Positions 1-12,020 of a DNA stretch of 34,981 nt are shown one piece after another. The stretch's first letter is position 1, and each line of letters begins with the position of its first letter. The translations under genes and the position numbers were made by a program. The notes beneath the pieces were generated by a model. The model ran no database searches. It worked only from the letters and a program-made list of their open reading frames with translations, and was not told the DNA's origin. Source of the stretch: Octopus bimaculoides (lineage: Eukaryota); NCBI RefSeq assembly GCF_001194135.2, contig NC_068997.1, positions 22,087,696 through 22,122,676 of the forward strand, given 5' to 3'.

Positions 1-37
<37 letters not shown>

Positions 38-44
38 GTGTGTA
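1..44. repeat. (TA)n microsatellite grading into TG/TATG
   Basis: Perfect TA run at 1-36 directly upstream of a SINE family A 3' half. Confidence 0.95.
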
Positions 45-245
45 TGTCTATGTTGGTACCCCCTACGTCGCTCGATAACCGATTTTGGTGTGATTACGAC
101 CCCGTAACTTAGTGGTTTGGAATAAGAGACCGATAGAATAAGTACTAGGCTTACAGAGAATAAGTCCTGGGATCGATTTGTTCGACTGAAGGCGGTGCTC
201 TAGCATGGCCCCAGTCAAATGACTGAAATACGTAAAAGAGTAAAA
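45..245 (+). mobile_element. SINE family A, 3' half
   Basis: CCCCGTAACTTAG...GACCGATAGAATAAGTACTAGGCTTACA...AAGGCGGTGCTCTAGCATGGCCCCAGTCAAATGACTGAAA plus A-rich tail; homologous in reverse to 4347-4560, 15726-15900 and 27875-27985. Confidence 0.85.
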
Positions 246-1329
246 AAAAAATAGAAGAATTCATGTATTTTTAAAATATATGTTTGAATCAAAGAGACCA
301 CAGACATTCAGAAGAGTTGGGGAAATTTGTTATTGATGTTATCACTTTTTTATTGAATGTAGAAAAGGTAAAGTCCAAGTCGGCATTAGAAAGCGGGACC
401 TGGTTGTTTACAAAACGAAACTCATCTATTCATGTGCTACTTTTTTTTTATGGGAACTACATAAATGCGTTTAAGAGAGTATATGGGAGAGAATAAAAAA
501 TAAAAACGAGACAATTTATTGCATGCAAAACTATGAAATAATAATCATTACAAATGGTTTAGGCTATATGTAGATTTGTCGATATTTAATTAAAATGGCG
601 CAGTAGAAGCGTTACGATAGTCTTGACATAAAACTGGAATAGTTGTAGCTCTGTCCATAAAGATTAGCGTTTACATAGGGTGCTAGATAAAAATTTCTAG
701 TGAATAATCGCGACTACAGTTAATATATATGTTTTAGGTATTAATATTAAATATACAAATCTTGTGTGAATGTTTACGTCCTTTTGTCTAAAATCACCAG
801 CACCATTTATTGCTTTTACTTCTACTTTCTGCTCACCTATGCTAGAATTATGCGCTTATTCTACTTTAGCTCCTCTCTCCCTCTCCTGCAATAATTTCTG
901 CGTCAAGTTCTCAAACCCTACAGGCCCTCCTCTACAACGCGCATCTCATTCCTCGGTACCCATACATATAGATACACTATATTAAAGTAGCTTCAACTTA
1001 CATAATCATACATCGCCATTTTATCACCCTTCCCTACACAATCGCACAGATATACACATGTCTATTTATCTACCATTTCTTTTTGAGACACACACATACA
1101 CGCGGTTATGCTGGTGACCGCTTTATACATACAAGCACCTAGGCCTCACGTACCTACACTCAAATGCATAGGCACTGGCACTTTCATATAATATACATTC
1201 CACTCTTCACTTCTACATTCATATAACGTACTCAACCAAACACACAATGGTATGCCGACGTACGCCCATCTACAGGCACTTACATTTCATGCATCTACTC
1301 GCGAGGAAGCTTGTCCATCAGAAATTGCC

Positions 1330-2445
1330 AGGTAAATCGGGTTTGTCCAGCATATCCAGGAGATCACCAGCAAGAGTCCCAGCAAGTCAATGAGAACCAT
1401 TGCCAATCATCTCTTGTTGTCTGAGTCAACGGTCAGACGTGTAGCGCACGACGAAATCAGTTACAAATCCTATGATATGAAACGAGGTAAGTTCATGTCC
1501 GATAACAACCAGGAGAAACGTGTGATCCGAGCAAAGTGCGCTGAATAAACTCAATTTCTTTAGGGATCCCGACATGTTCTAGTTATCAGGTGAGAACTTT
1601 GTCCAGTAAGGGAATGACATATGTTTCTAAGTCAGCCTCATTGAAGCCCCCACTGTTATGTAAATCTCGTTTCCAACGTCGTGAGAGTCATGAGCAATGA
1701 GGACCATACCATGTTTCTTTCCTTTTTCCCGCAAAATTTAAGGCTCAATGTGGCAATCTCTTTCGAGATAGTTTATAACTGGTCATCCAAGATCTGGATA
1801 TATGGAGTTTCACACTCAAGAGAGAATGGACGAACATTATCATGATCATGTTTGCCCTAATATTTGGCCTGCTAGCTCTCTTGATTTAACCCCACTGGGC
1901 TACTTCTCCCGGAGCGCTGTTGAGAGAGCGAGAGAGAAACAGAGAGAGACTGAGTGTATGAGACAGAGAGAAACAGACAGGCCAGCAACAAGCATGCCCA
2001 GAATACCAACAAGATGTTGATGTCTACTGTTGGGGATTTTAGGATCAGCTTTAATAACGACCAGCTTATCCACATATTCAGTCGTTTCAGAAACCGTATC
2101 AAGATATTACAAAGTATATTAAACGTTTTTATAAGTCAAAACTGTGTTCTACAGTGTTAGCAGTGCTCTTACATCACTCTATAGAAGCCATAACCAGCAC
2201 TGAAGTTGTTACGGAGTTTCATGTCGAACACGCCTGATATAAACATCAAAGAGAACGAAGAGAGATTTTGCTCCTTCTTCAGCGCCTATCTCTACAAATG
2301 AGCTGAAAACATCGAGTGTGAAGGTAGTTTTATGGAGTATCATTTTGCTCTCTATACGTAAGAATATCTTCACCAAACTGTATAAAAATATATTGATTTC
2401 TCTAATAAAAATTGTTGTTTCCTTTAAAATAAAAATTTGAAGCGA
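1330..2445 (+). mobile_element. Decayed Tc1/mariner transposase, maT/DD37D-like
   Basis: Frame-disrupted peptides: SPSKSMRTIANHLLLSESTVRRVAHDEISYKSY (HTH-like), CPNIWPASSLDLTPLGYFSRSAVER (cf. WPPSSPDLNPLDY), NKHAQNT...SRFRNRIK, and IECEGSFME at 2311-2337. Multiple stops and frameshifts; ends approximate. Confidence 0.8.
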
Positions 2446-2719
2446 GTGTATACATGTGTGTATGTGTGTACCTGTGTATGTGTATCCGTATGTTTGTGTT
2501 TTATTTATTTACGTTATTATAACTTAGGAACGGTTGACTGTGTCGACGATCGTTAGGTTATGTTGCATTTGTCGGACAGCGTAACGAAGGTATTCTAAGT
2601 CGAAATTTCAAAGTCACTATCAAAATTTTCCTTGTGAAGCTAAAATATGATATATTATCTAAAGATAACGAAGTATCCTTTTCTAAAACTTTTGAATGTT
2701 TTTTATATGTAACTTCAAA

Positions 2720-3097
2720 ATATAGCTAAATATTAATATACATTAATAATTAAACACACAAGTGAACACACATACACACACACTCACACGGCAACCTCAC
2801 ACACACGGCACACACGCTTACACCATCATAAGCACATATATCTAAATGCATCTATATAGATGTATATATGTGTGAGCATATATGTTTATGTATATTTAGT
2901 TATATATACGTGTGTGTGTACGTGTATGCGTGTGTGAATGTGTGTATGTGTTTATATATTGGTTTATGCCTATGTTTGTGTGTGTGTATGGGTGTGCATG
3001 TATGTGTGTGTATGTATGAGTGTATGTGTGTGCGTGCTTGTGTGCGTGTGCTTGGGTTTCAGTTTGTGTGCTCAACTTTGCACGTGATTATTCCATC

Positions 3098-3191
<94 letters not shown>

Positions 3192-3765
3192 ATATATTAT
3201 ACAGCAATATGTGTTCAGACGAATACAGGAAAATATGATTCTTGGCAAAATATTAATTTATTGTTATCTTAGAAATATGTTGAACGTCTTTGGGAATTGG
3301 GGGGAAAGACAAAACAAAACAATTTAGTTCTGATGAAAGAAGATAACACCACACACACACACACACACATATATATACATGCATGCATACATACATACAT
3401 ATATACATACCTATACATAGATATATACATAGATATTTATATACATATAAATGTATGTACATCAATATACATATATGTGTGTGTGTATGTGTGAGTGTAT
3501 AATTTATTTACACATAGAATATATTGGTGTGTATGCATTTATATATCTACTTGTATACCTACATATAGTGGATGTATGTATGTATGTGTGTGAGTGTAGT
3601 TATCACTCTATTTCTCCCCCTCTTTCTTTCTCTTTCTCTCTCTATATTTTTATGCGTGCCCATATGTGTGTATGTATGTATATATATATATATAAATGTA
3701 TATGCATGTATATATATATATATANNNNNNNNNNTGTATGTGTGTATGTGTGCGTATACATATAG
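2720..3765. repeat. Compound microsatellite field (CA/TG, TA, TATG, CT)
   Basis: Directly visible; produces the YIYI/VCVC pseudo-ORFs; 10-N gap at 3725-3734. Confidence 0.9.
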
Positions 3766-4346
3766 ACAAATATACTACGATCAATCTATATTTATTTATT
3801 TTGCAAAACGATATATCTTTATAAATATGATAAAAATCTATTAAAACTTCTTGTGTTTACCTAATCTATTTACTTGGTTTTATTGTCCAAGAGGATATAC
3901 AAATTCTTTGACAAGGAATCTATTATTTCTTTTGGATAGGTTTTAAACTGATACGACAAATATTAGCAAGAAACAAAATAAGCACAAAACAAAACAAACC
4001 AAAAAAAACCCCTTAAAATACAAACACAGAAACCCGAAGGAAATCTCGTTTCTCCGATTGGGGGATTAGTGATCTCATATGGAGCACTATATATCTAAAA
4101 TCTTAACGACAAAAATTCCTCTCTCTATACATAAACAGATTCTTCTGATTGTGTGTTTATCAAGGACTGTGGGACAATGTGTGTTGTTGTTTTTTTTTTT
4201 AAACAAAATAAAGAATGTGAAATATAAAAGGAATGAAAATGTACGCACCAAATCGCGTGCCGATGGTTGATAAAGTATGAAGAAACATTTATAATGGTGA
4301 AGTTATCCTACACGTGGTTAATTTTATATATTCATATATATATATA

Positions 4347-4560
4347 TTCTTTTATTCTTTTACTTGTTTCACTCATTTGACTGTCGCCATGCTGGTGCAC
4401 CGCCTTCATTCGAAATAGATCGACCCAATGACTTGTTCTTTGCATGCCTCGTACTTATTCTATCGTTTCATTTTCCCGAACCGCTAGATTACGGGGACGT
4501 AAACACACCAACATCGGTTATCAAGCGATAGTGTGAGGGGGGACAACCACAGACACACAA
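4347..4560 (-). mobile_element. SINE family A, 3' half
   Basis: Reverse complement matches 45-245 (CCATGCTGGTGCACCGCCTT, GTACTTATTCTATCG, TTACGGGGACGTAAACACACC); adjoins (TACA)n and a gap. Confidence 0.85.
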
Positions 4561-5164
4561 ATACATACATACATACATATATANNNNNNNNNNNNNNNNN
4601 NNNNNNNNNNNNNNNNNNNNNNNNNNNNNNNNNNNNNNNNNNNNNNNNNNNNNNNNNNNNNNNNNNNNNNNNNNNNNNNNNNNNNNNNNNNNNNNNNNNN
4701 NNNNNNNNNNNNNNNNNNNNNNNNNNNNNNNNNNNNNNNNNNNNNNNNNNNNNNNNNNNNNNNNNNNNNNNNNNNNNNNNNNNNNNNNNNNNNNNNNNNN
4801 NNNNNNNNNNNNNNNNNNNNNNNNNNNNNNNNNNNNNNNNNNNNNNNNNNNNNNNNNNNNNNNNNNNNNNNNNNNNNNNNNNNNNNNNNNNNNNNNNNNN
4901 NNNNNNNNNNNNNNNNNNNNNNNNNNNNNNNNNNNNNNNNNNNNNNNNNNNNNNNNNNNNNNNNNNNNNNNNNNNNNNNNNNNNNNNNNNNNNNNNNNNN
5001 NNNNNNNNNNNNNNNNNNNNNNNNNNNNNNNNNNNNNNNNNNNNNNNNNNNNNNNNNNNCAGATTGTGTTACAAGACGCTCGGGAAAGAAAAGAGAGAGA
5101 GAGTATGACGGTTCGAGCGGAGTTCTTCGTCGGAAACAAGGAAAGTTCAAAGAAGGGAAAAACG

Positions 5165-5455
5165 GAGGACTGTATTTTTGAACTCGTTCATTACCCTCTC
5201 TATTGTCTTGATTTGGCCCCACCTGACTATCATGAAAAAGAACTTGGCTGGAACCAGTGTTGCATTGATGAAGATCTAACGTTGATCACTTTTTTTTTTG
5301 ACCAACAAAATGAAAGGTTCTTCACCAATGGGATCCAAGTACTGTAACACCGATGGAAGGCGTGTGTGGTCCGCAGAGGGGTTATGTTAAAAAAAATAGA
5401 CCTCATTGGGTCACATTCCACTATAGTTTCTTACTCAGCCCGTAAAATTTTCTGT
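5165..5455 (+). mobile_element. Mariner-family transposase C-terminal relic
   Basis: Translates to DCIFELVHYPLYCLDLAPPDYH (cf. mariner HPPYSPDLAPSDYH) then FFTNGIQVL*HRWKACVVRRGGYVKK (cf. mariner C-terminus); internal stop. Confidence 0.8.
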
Positions 5456-5729
5456 TGAGCATCGCATTAAAGAATGCTCCATATTCATGCATTGAGTTCT
5501 GTAGTTTATCTCTTCTCTGTGAATCTTGTGCATGCAAAGCAACCTTTCATATACGCATTCTACAAAATATATAAGATGCTGTGAACAGCACCAAATTCCT
5601 GAAAACATCTGTAAAGAGGATCCTGATTGAGAAATATTAAAATAACTATTGAACGTATAAAGCATCTACTTGTATTATTTATAATGACTGGCACAAACAC
5701 CCCCCCCACACACACAATATGGTCTAAAT

Positions 5730-5920
5730 ATCTTCATAATGATTCTATATACATATACGTATATATATAAATATATATTTATATCTATATATATGCATAT
5801 ATGTGCATACATATATATGCATACGTATATTATATATATGTGTGTGTATGTGTGTGGGCATATTAATGTATTACATACATTTAATTATTATATATTTGAT
5901 ATCTATTTTCATTTAGTATA

Positions 5921-5983
<63 letters not shown>

Positions 5984-6090
5984 GTACAATATATGTAACG
6001 TACACACACACACACACACACAGACACACACACATATATATATATATATATACATACATATATATGTGTATGTGTAAACCTCACACTCAC
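5730..6090. repeat. Compound (TA)n/(CA)n microsatellite
   Basis: Directly visible. Confidence 0.9.
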
Positions 6091-6975
6091 ATATTCTTTT
6101 GCATTGTATACACACTGAATTCCCGCCGGTCAGTCTCTACAAGCAAGGGATACGCAAAAACAATATTTCTGCCCAGTGCAATCAACTTGTCTTCTTTACT
6201 TTCTTGACTCCCTTACGCCATCTATCTATCTCACTTTGCCCCCCCCCACTCTCTCTCTCTCTCTCTCCTTTTCTTTCTAACGAACTACATTAATTATTGC
6301 CTTAATTATTTTCCTTCCCTGTGTGTAGGAAGAAGCAATAATTACTTGCTTGCACCTCAAGTCAGCAGCTTACGTGATAGGTTCTCATTTAGTAAAATTC
6401 AAGTTCTCCTTCTATTCCAACGCACAGTTGGAGATGTCGCGGCAGTTCGCCTTAACTTGTCTCTCATAAACATTGATTTAGGCCGGATACTCTTGCATAC
6501 TATACTGGAGGCTAATTTGAACGGCGGTTTATTATTTTTTGTTTTCTTTAGCTTTTGCTGGGGCGATACTGATGGCCTCTCTTGGGACGCTAAGTACAAA
6601 ACTAAATAACAAAGCCAACATAAAAATAAAACAAACCAGACAAAAACACTCTCACGTAGAAAAGAGGACAAAGCAAAACAGAAAGGCAAATATTATATCA
6701 TGAACTGCCAATCGCCACCACCAAAAATAGTGAAGAGTATATCTTGAAATAAAATAACAAGAAAGCGTGAGTGTGTGACTGAGAGAAAGAGAAAGATAGG
6801 GAAAGAGAGAGAGAAGGGTGGGGGAGGAGAGAGGCAGAAAGAAAGAGAAGGAGAGAGGGGGAAAGAAAGAGTGAATGAGAGAGATGGTGCAAAAGGAGAG
6901 ACAAGGAGACATTGCATCTAACGTTTGGCATTTAGAGAGGTGTGCGTTGTGGGAATAAAATAATCGATAGCGAAG

Positions 6976-7235
6976 TGATGATGATGATGATGAGGATGAG
7001 GATGATAATGATGATGATGATGATGATAAGGATGATGATGATGATGATGATGATATTAATTACTATGTAAATAATAGTAACAACAAAATATGAAAATTAT
7101 TGTTAATGTAATAATATTTTAAAATCATTATTAATATTATCAACCATTATCACCAGTAATTTCCATTATTATTGTTATCATTATTTAATATGATCATTAT
7201 ATTAGTATCTATTATTGTTTATCTACAGCAGCAAC

Positions 7236-7301
<66 letters not shown>

Positions 7302-7345
7302 GGTGGTGGTGGTGGTGGTGGTGGTAGTAGTAGTATTAGTAGTTA
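6976..7345. repeat. Trinucleotide repeats (GAT)n, (TTA)-rich, (AGT)n-(GGT)n
   Basis: (GAT)n at ~6976-7055; (AGT)n switching to (GGT)n at ~7237-7335. Confidence 0.95.
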
Positions 7346-7527
7346 TGTTGCAGTTTTAGCATCGTTATTTCAATCCTATTTGTTGTTATTGATCTTATTA
7401 TTACTGTTCTGATGTATAGAAAATCTATGGTCAAGGATTTTTCCAGCCGTGACAGTCCCGACATTTCCCTACGCACAGGTAACTCATGATGAGATTAACC
7501 AACACTTTTGTTGTTGTATTTTGTAAT

Positions 7528-7586
7528 GCCCTGAATATTAGCTGCTATTTCCTGCACGGCCCTGAATATTAGCTGCTATTTCCTGC
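7528..7586. repeat. 28-bp direct duplication, period 31
   Basis: GCCCTGAATATTAGCTGCTATTTCCTGC at 7528-7555 and 7559-7586, identical. Confidence 0.95.
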
Positions 7587-7811
7587 TCGTTGATCAATTC
7601 GAGCAGATATGGGCAACATGCGGCATACAAGTCTTTCTGAATTGGACGCTTAACTTAAAACGAAAAATCACCGTGAATTTTTCAGTCCTGCTCAAGAAGC
7701 CCACTTCTTGAAGATATCGTTGAACATACCTAAGACAAGAGCTGTCCAGTTTGCTTGTCTTATTCACTTATCCTGTCGTTTTCTGGTGCCAATATTCATA
7801 AGATACAGGTT

Positions 7812-7950
7812 GTGAGCTGGCAGAATCGTTAGCACACCGTGGAAAATGCTTAGCAGAATTTCGTCTGTCTTCACGTTCTAATTTCAAATTCCGTCGAGCA
7901 CTGGGTCCGATGTAATCGACTTATCTCTTTCTCCAAAATTGCTGGCCTAG
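7812..7950 (+). mobile_element. SINE family B, internally deleted copy
   Basis: Head GAGCTGGCAGAATCGTTAGCAC, decayed B box (TTTCAAATTCC) and 3' part GATGTAATCGAC...CCAAAATT; central domain missing relative to 19546-19768. Confidence 0.85.
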
Positions 7951-8489
7951 CGACAAAGTTTGAAATGAAACCGAAATTCATAAGATAACAATAAACGAAT
8001 AAATAAACCGAACTTTATAACAACAAACATCATTACATAGAAGTGGACACATGTAAAAAAAATAACAAAAAAAATAACAAAGAACAAAACAAAACAAAAG
8101 GAAAACGAAAATCCCTCAGAAAGACACAAATATTTATATATATTCATATCCAGCTGGACATCGCTGGTCCGATATTCTGCGGTGTCACGAATGCTGGAGG
8201 TGTTAACTTGGTTAAAAGCGCAGCTATGCAAAGTTAAATTGAATATCTTAGTGTAGGACTATAAATCTAATCTTCGAATCTGCTTGCACCGAAAACGGTG
8301 TCATGATGTCACAGCATAATATATTTTATGAGTAATAATTTTCACTTTACTAAAACGTGGATCATATTCCGTTAAGTGCTTATTGCTGTCAAAAGAGCAA
8401 AGCGGTCTATTTTTAGGGTGAGGGCTACTGCGTGAATAGAAAAGTTTTCTAGAGATTTAAACACATTTCACACACAAGCATAAGCACAT

Positions 8490-8507
8490 ACGCACACGCA
8501 CACACAA

Positions 8508-8561
<54 letters not shown>

Positions 8562-8838
8562 ACACACACACACGTGTGTGTATATATGTGTTTGATGTAT
8601 TTAGATACATGTATACGTGCAAGATAGTTGGATGTCTGTTACATGTATGTTTACGTGTATACATACGCATAAATACAAATATATGCATATATGAAAATAT
8701 ATATAAATGTAAATATGATACACGCACACACACATATGCACGACATACAGTAATACACATGAACATATAAAGACACACACAATTCATATATGTGTATTGT
8801 AATACGCATTATTTGATATATACATATATATCCATATC

Positions 8839-8875
<37 letters not shown>

Positions 8876-8951
8876 TTATCTATCTATCTCTATATATATA
8901 GATAGATAGATATATATATGTGTGTGTGTGTATGTATGTATATATATGTAT

Positions 8952-8999
<48 letters not shown>
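8490..8999. repeat. (CA)n, (TCTA)n and (TA)n microsatellites
   Basis: Directly visible; runs into gap 9000-9788. Confidence 0.9.
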
Positions 9000-9829
9000 N
9001 NNNNNNNNNNNNNNNNNNNNNNNNNNNNNNNNNNNNNNNNNNNNNNNNNNNNNNNNNNNNNNNNNNNNNNNNNNNNNNNNNNNNNNNNNNNNNNNNNNNN
9101 NNNNNNNNNNNNNNNNNNNNNNNNNNNNNNNNNNNNNNNNNNNNNNNNNNNNNNNNNNNNNNNNNNNNNNNNNNNNNNNNNNNNNNNNNNNNNNNNNNNN
9201 NNNNNNNNNNNNNNNNNNNNNNNNNNNNNNNNNNNNNNNNNNNNNNNNNNNNNNNNNNNNNNNNNNNNNNNNNNNNNNNNNNNNNNNNNNNNNNNNNNNN
9301 NNNNNNNNNNNNNNNNNNNNNNNNNNNNNNNNNNNNNNNNNNNNNNNNNNNNNNNNNNNNNNNNNNNNNNNNNNNNNNNNNNNNNNNNNNNNNNNNNNNN
9401 NNNNNNNNNNNNNNNNNNNNNNNNNNNNNNNNNNNNNNNNNNNNNNNNNNNNNNNNNNNNNNNNNNNNNNNNNNNNNNNNNNNNNNNNNNNNNNNNNNNN
9501 NNNNNNNNNNNNNNNNNNNNNNNNNNNNNNNNNNNNNNNNNNNNNNNNNNNNNNNNNNNNNNNNNNNNNNNNNNNNNNNNNNNNNNNNNNNNNNNNNNNN
9601 NNNNNNNNNNNNNNNNNNNNNNNNNNNNNNNNNNNNNNNNNNNNNNNNNNNNNNNNNNNNNNNNNNNNNNNNNNNNNNNNNNNNNNNNNNNNNNNNNNNN
9701 NNNNNNNNNNNNNNNNNNNNNNNNNNNNNNNNNNNNNNNNNNNNNNNNNNNNNNNNNNNNNNNNNNNNNNNNNNNNNNNNNNNNNNNNTTGTTTTCCTGT
9801 CTTGTTTTTTGTCCGCCACTACATTCCTC

Positions 9830-10110
9830 CATGGCAAGATTTAATTTGTGTATACAAATTTAATTTGCGGTCCATGGGGAGAGCCGTTTTAACGATGCGT
9901 CCTGCCCAGCTCTTCAAAACGCCGGTGTTAAAACGGGGGTAGCTGATGAAGTAGAATGTTCTCTATGTGGCTTGTGTGTTTTCTCGTCTACGTTTTGTTT
10001 GCAATGTCCTGTACCCAGATATGCACCTATACATACAGGTGGATGTCGGTATGCACATACCTGTACGTATATATGCATATACTCATTTACTATTTGTTTA
10101 TATATATATA
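9830..10110 (+). mobile_element. Dispersed repeat, probably a Penelope-like terminal repeat with hammerhead-like core
   Basis: 9961-10110 aligns with the reverse complement of 21860-22025; 9912-9951 carries CTTC-AAAA-CGCCGGTGT-T...CTGATGA-AG. Penelope assignment is inference. Confidence 0.5.
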
Positions 10111-10379
10111 TATATGTATGTATGTATGTATATGCTTGTGCAAGAGAAATAAAATTTCTTATTCATAGCGATTCGTTCGTACAGAATCCCCCGATACCTT
10201 ATTGTATGCCTGTGCTTAAAGTTATATCTAATGATTAATCCCTGTAAATGCAATGAATACACCTCAACTGGAGGTAACAGTTAATTCGGTATGAGACATG
10301 CCATATGAATCTTGGTAAACGGATTTAAAGAAATCGCAGCGAACATTAGCGTTTTAATATAAACAATATGCCTAACTTT

Positions 10380-10587
10380 ACGTGTGTACGTATGTATGTG
10401 CGTGTGTGTGCGTGTGTGTGTGAGTGTGTGTGCGTGTTTGTGTGCGTGTATCTGTATATATGTGTATTTGTGTGTATGTATGTATGATTGTATGTATGTG
10501 ATCATGCGTGCATTCGTAAATACATACATTTTCTTCTTTACATGTGTGTTTATACGTACATACATTTTCACGCACACACACCCACAA

Positions 10588-10668
<81 letters not shown>

Positions 10669-10757
10669 CATATATATATGTATGTATATATATATATATA
10701 TGTATACATATATTACATGTATATATATATATCTGTATGTATGTATGTATGTATGTA

Positions 10758-10795
<38 letters not shown>

Positions 10796-11458
10796 CACTC
10801 ACAAACACAGGCATATGTTTGTGTGTATANNNNNNNNNNNNNNNNNNNNNNNNNNNNNNNNNNNNNNNNNNNNNNNNNNNNNNNNNNNNNNNNNNNNNNN
10901 NNNNNNNNNNNNNNNNNNNNNNNNNNNNNNNNNNNNNNNNNNNNNNNNNNNNNNNNNNNNNNNNNNNNNNNNNNNNNNNNNNNNNNNNNNNNNNNNNNNN
11001 NNNNNNNNNNNNNNNNNNNNNNNNNNNNNNNNNNNNNNNNNNNNNNNNNNNNNNNNNNNNNNNNNNNNNNNNNNNNNNNNNNNNNNNNNNNNNNNNNNNN
11101 NNNNNNNNNNNNNNNNNNNNNNNNNNNNNNNNNNNNNNNNNNNNNNNNNNNNNNNNNNNNNNNNNNNNNNNNNNNNNNNNNNNNNNNNNNNNNNNNNNNN
11201 NNNNNNNNNNNNNNNNNNNNNNNNNNNNNNNNNNNNNNNNNNNNNNNNNNNNNNNNNNNNNNNNNNNNNNNNNNNNNNNNNNNNNNNNNNNNNNNNNNNN
11301 NNNNNNNNNNNNNNNNNNNNNNNNNNNNNNNNNNNNNNNNNNNNNNNNNNNNNNNNNNNNNNNNNNCCGTCTTTCTCTCTCCCTCACTCCGTCTTTCTCT
11401 CTCTCTCTCTCTCTCCATGTTTCTCTCTCTCTCCGTCTTTCTTTCTCTCTCTCTCTCT

Positions 11459-11489
<31 letters not shown>

Positions 11490-11500
11490 GCTCTGCGTGT
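10380..11500. repeat. (TG)n/(CA)n/(TA)n and (CT)n field around gap 10830-11366
   Basis: Directly visible. Confidence 0.9.
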
Positions 11501-11689
11501 GTGTACCTCCTTTCTTTTTTCTTTGTCAAAAATTTCTTTGAATTATATGATTCGAACTACGGAGGATAAAAAAATAATAAAAATATAAATTGTATTTAAA
11601 AAATTAAAACCTTCCAAAAACGAAAAGCAAATAGAATGTGAAAAAATAAATGTTTTACTCTTTAGGAAAAGCGCACATTGCACATGCTT

Positions 11690-11918
11690 TCTCACCAGAC
11701 AGCAACCTTGCTCACTTCTACAAATCCACCGAGATTGAAATAGAATGCCCAGAAGAGTTCCTACAGAAAGCTTTCTCTTAGAGGCAGCAAGGATTATCAG
11801 GAGGGTTCTAAGCACTTGAAAGTCTACTGAAGACTTGTGGATAACTTGGGTTACAGGTAGTAACCTGTTATCCACATAATTCCTACCGGAAATAAGACCG
11901 AACCTGAGCCAAACCATA

Positions 11919-11979
<61 letters not shown>

Positions 11980-12020
11980 CGATGATGACGATGACGATGA
12001 TTACGAGAATGATAATGATG
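11690..12020 (+). mobile_element. 5'-truncated non-LTR retrotransposon 3' end, restriction-like-endonuclease type (R4/Dong-like), with (ATG)n tail
   Basis: SNLAHFYKSTEIEIECPEEFLQKA/frameshift/LEAARIIRRVLST* resembles the LQKxALLGTARIxRKVL terminus of RLE-type LINEs; short 3' UTR with a stem-loop, then (GAT)n from ~11919. Confidence 0.65.

Noticed and set aside
6399-6689. 96-aa minus-strand ORF with a hydrophobic N-terminus
   Set aside because: Hydrophobicity derives from a T-rich tract, the start is non-ATG, an upstream in-frame stop excludes it as an internal exon, and no family is recognised.
8154-8199. LDIAGP, resembling an M17 aminopeptidase motif, after a CAG acceptor
   Set aside because: Six-residue match only, poor donor, and no other exons of such a gene are visible.
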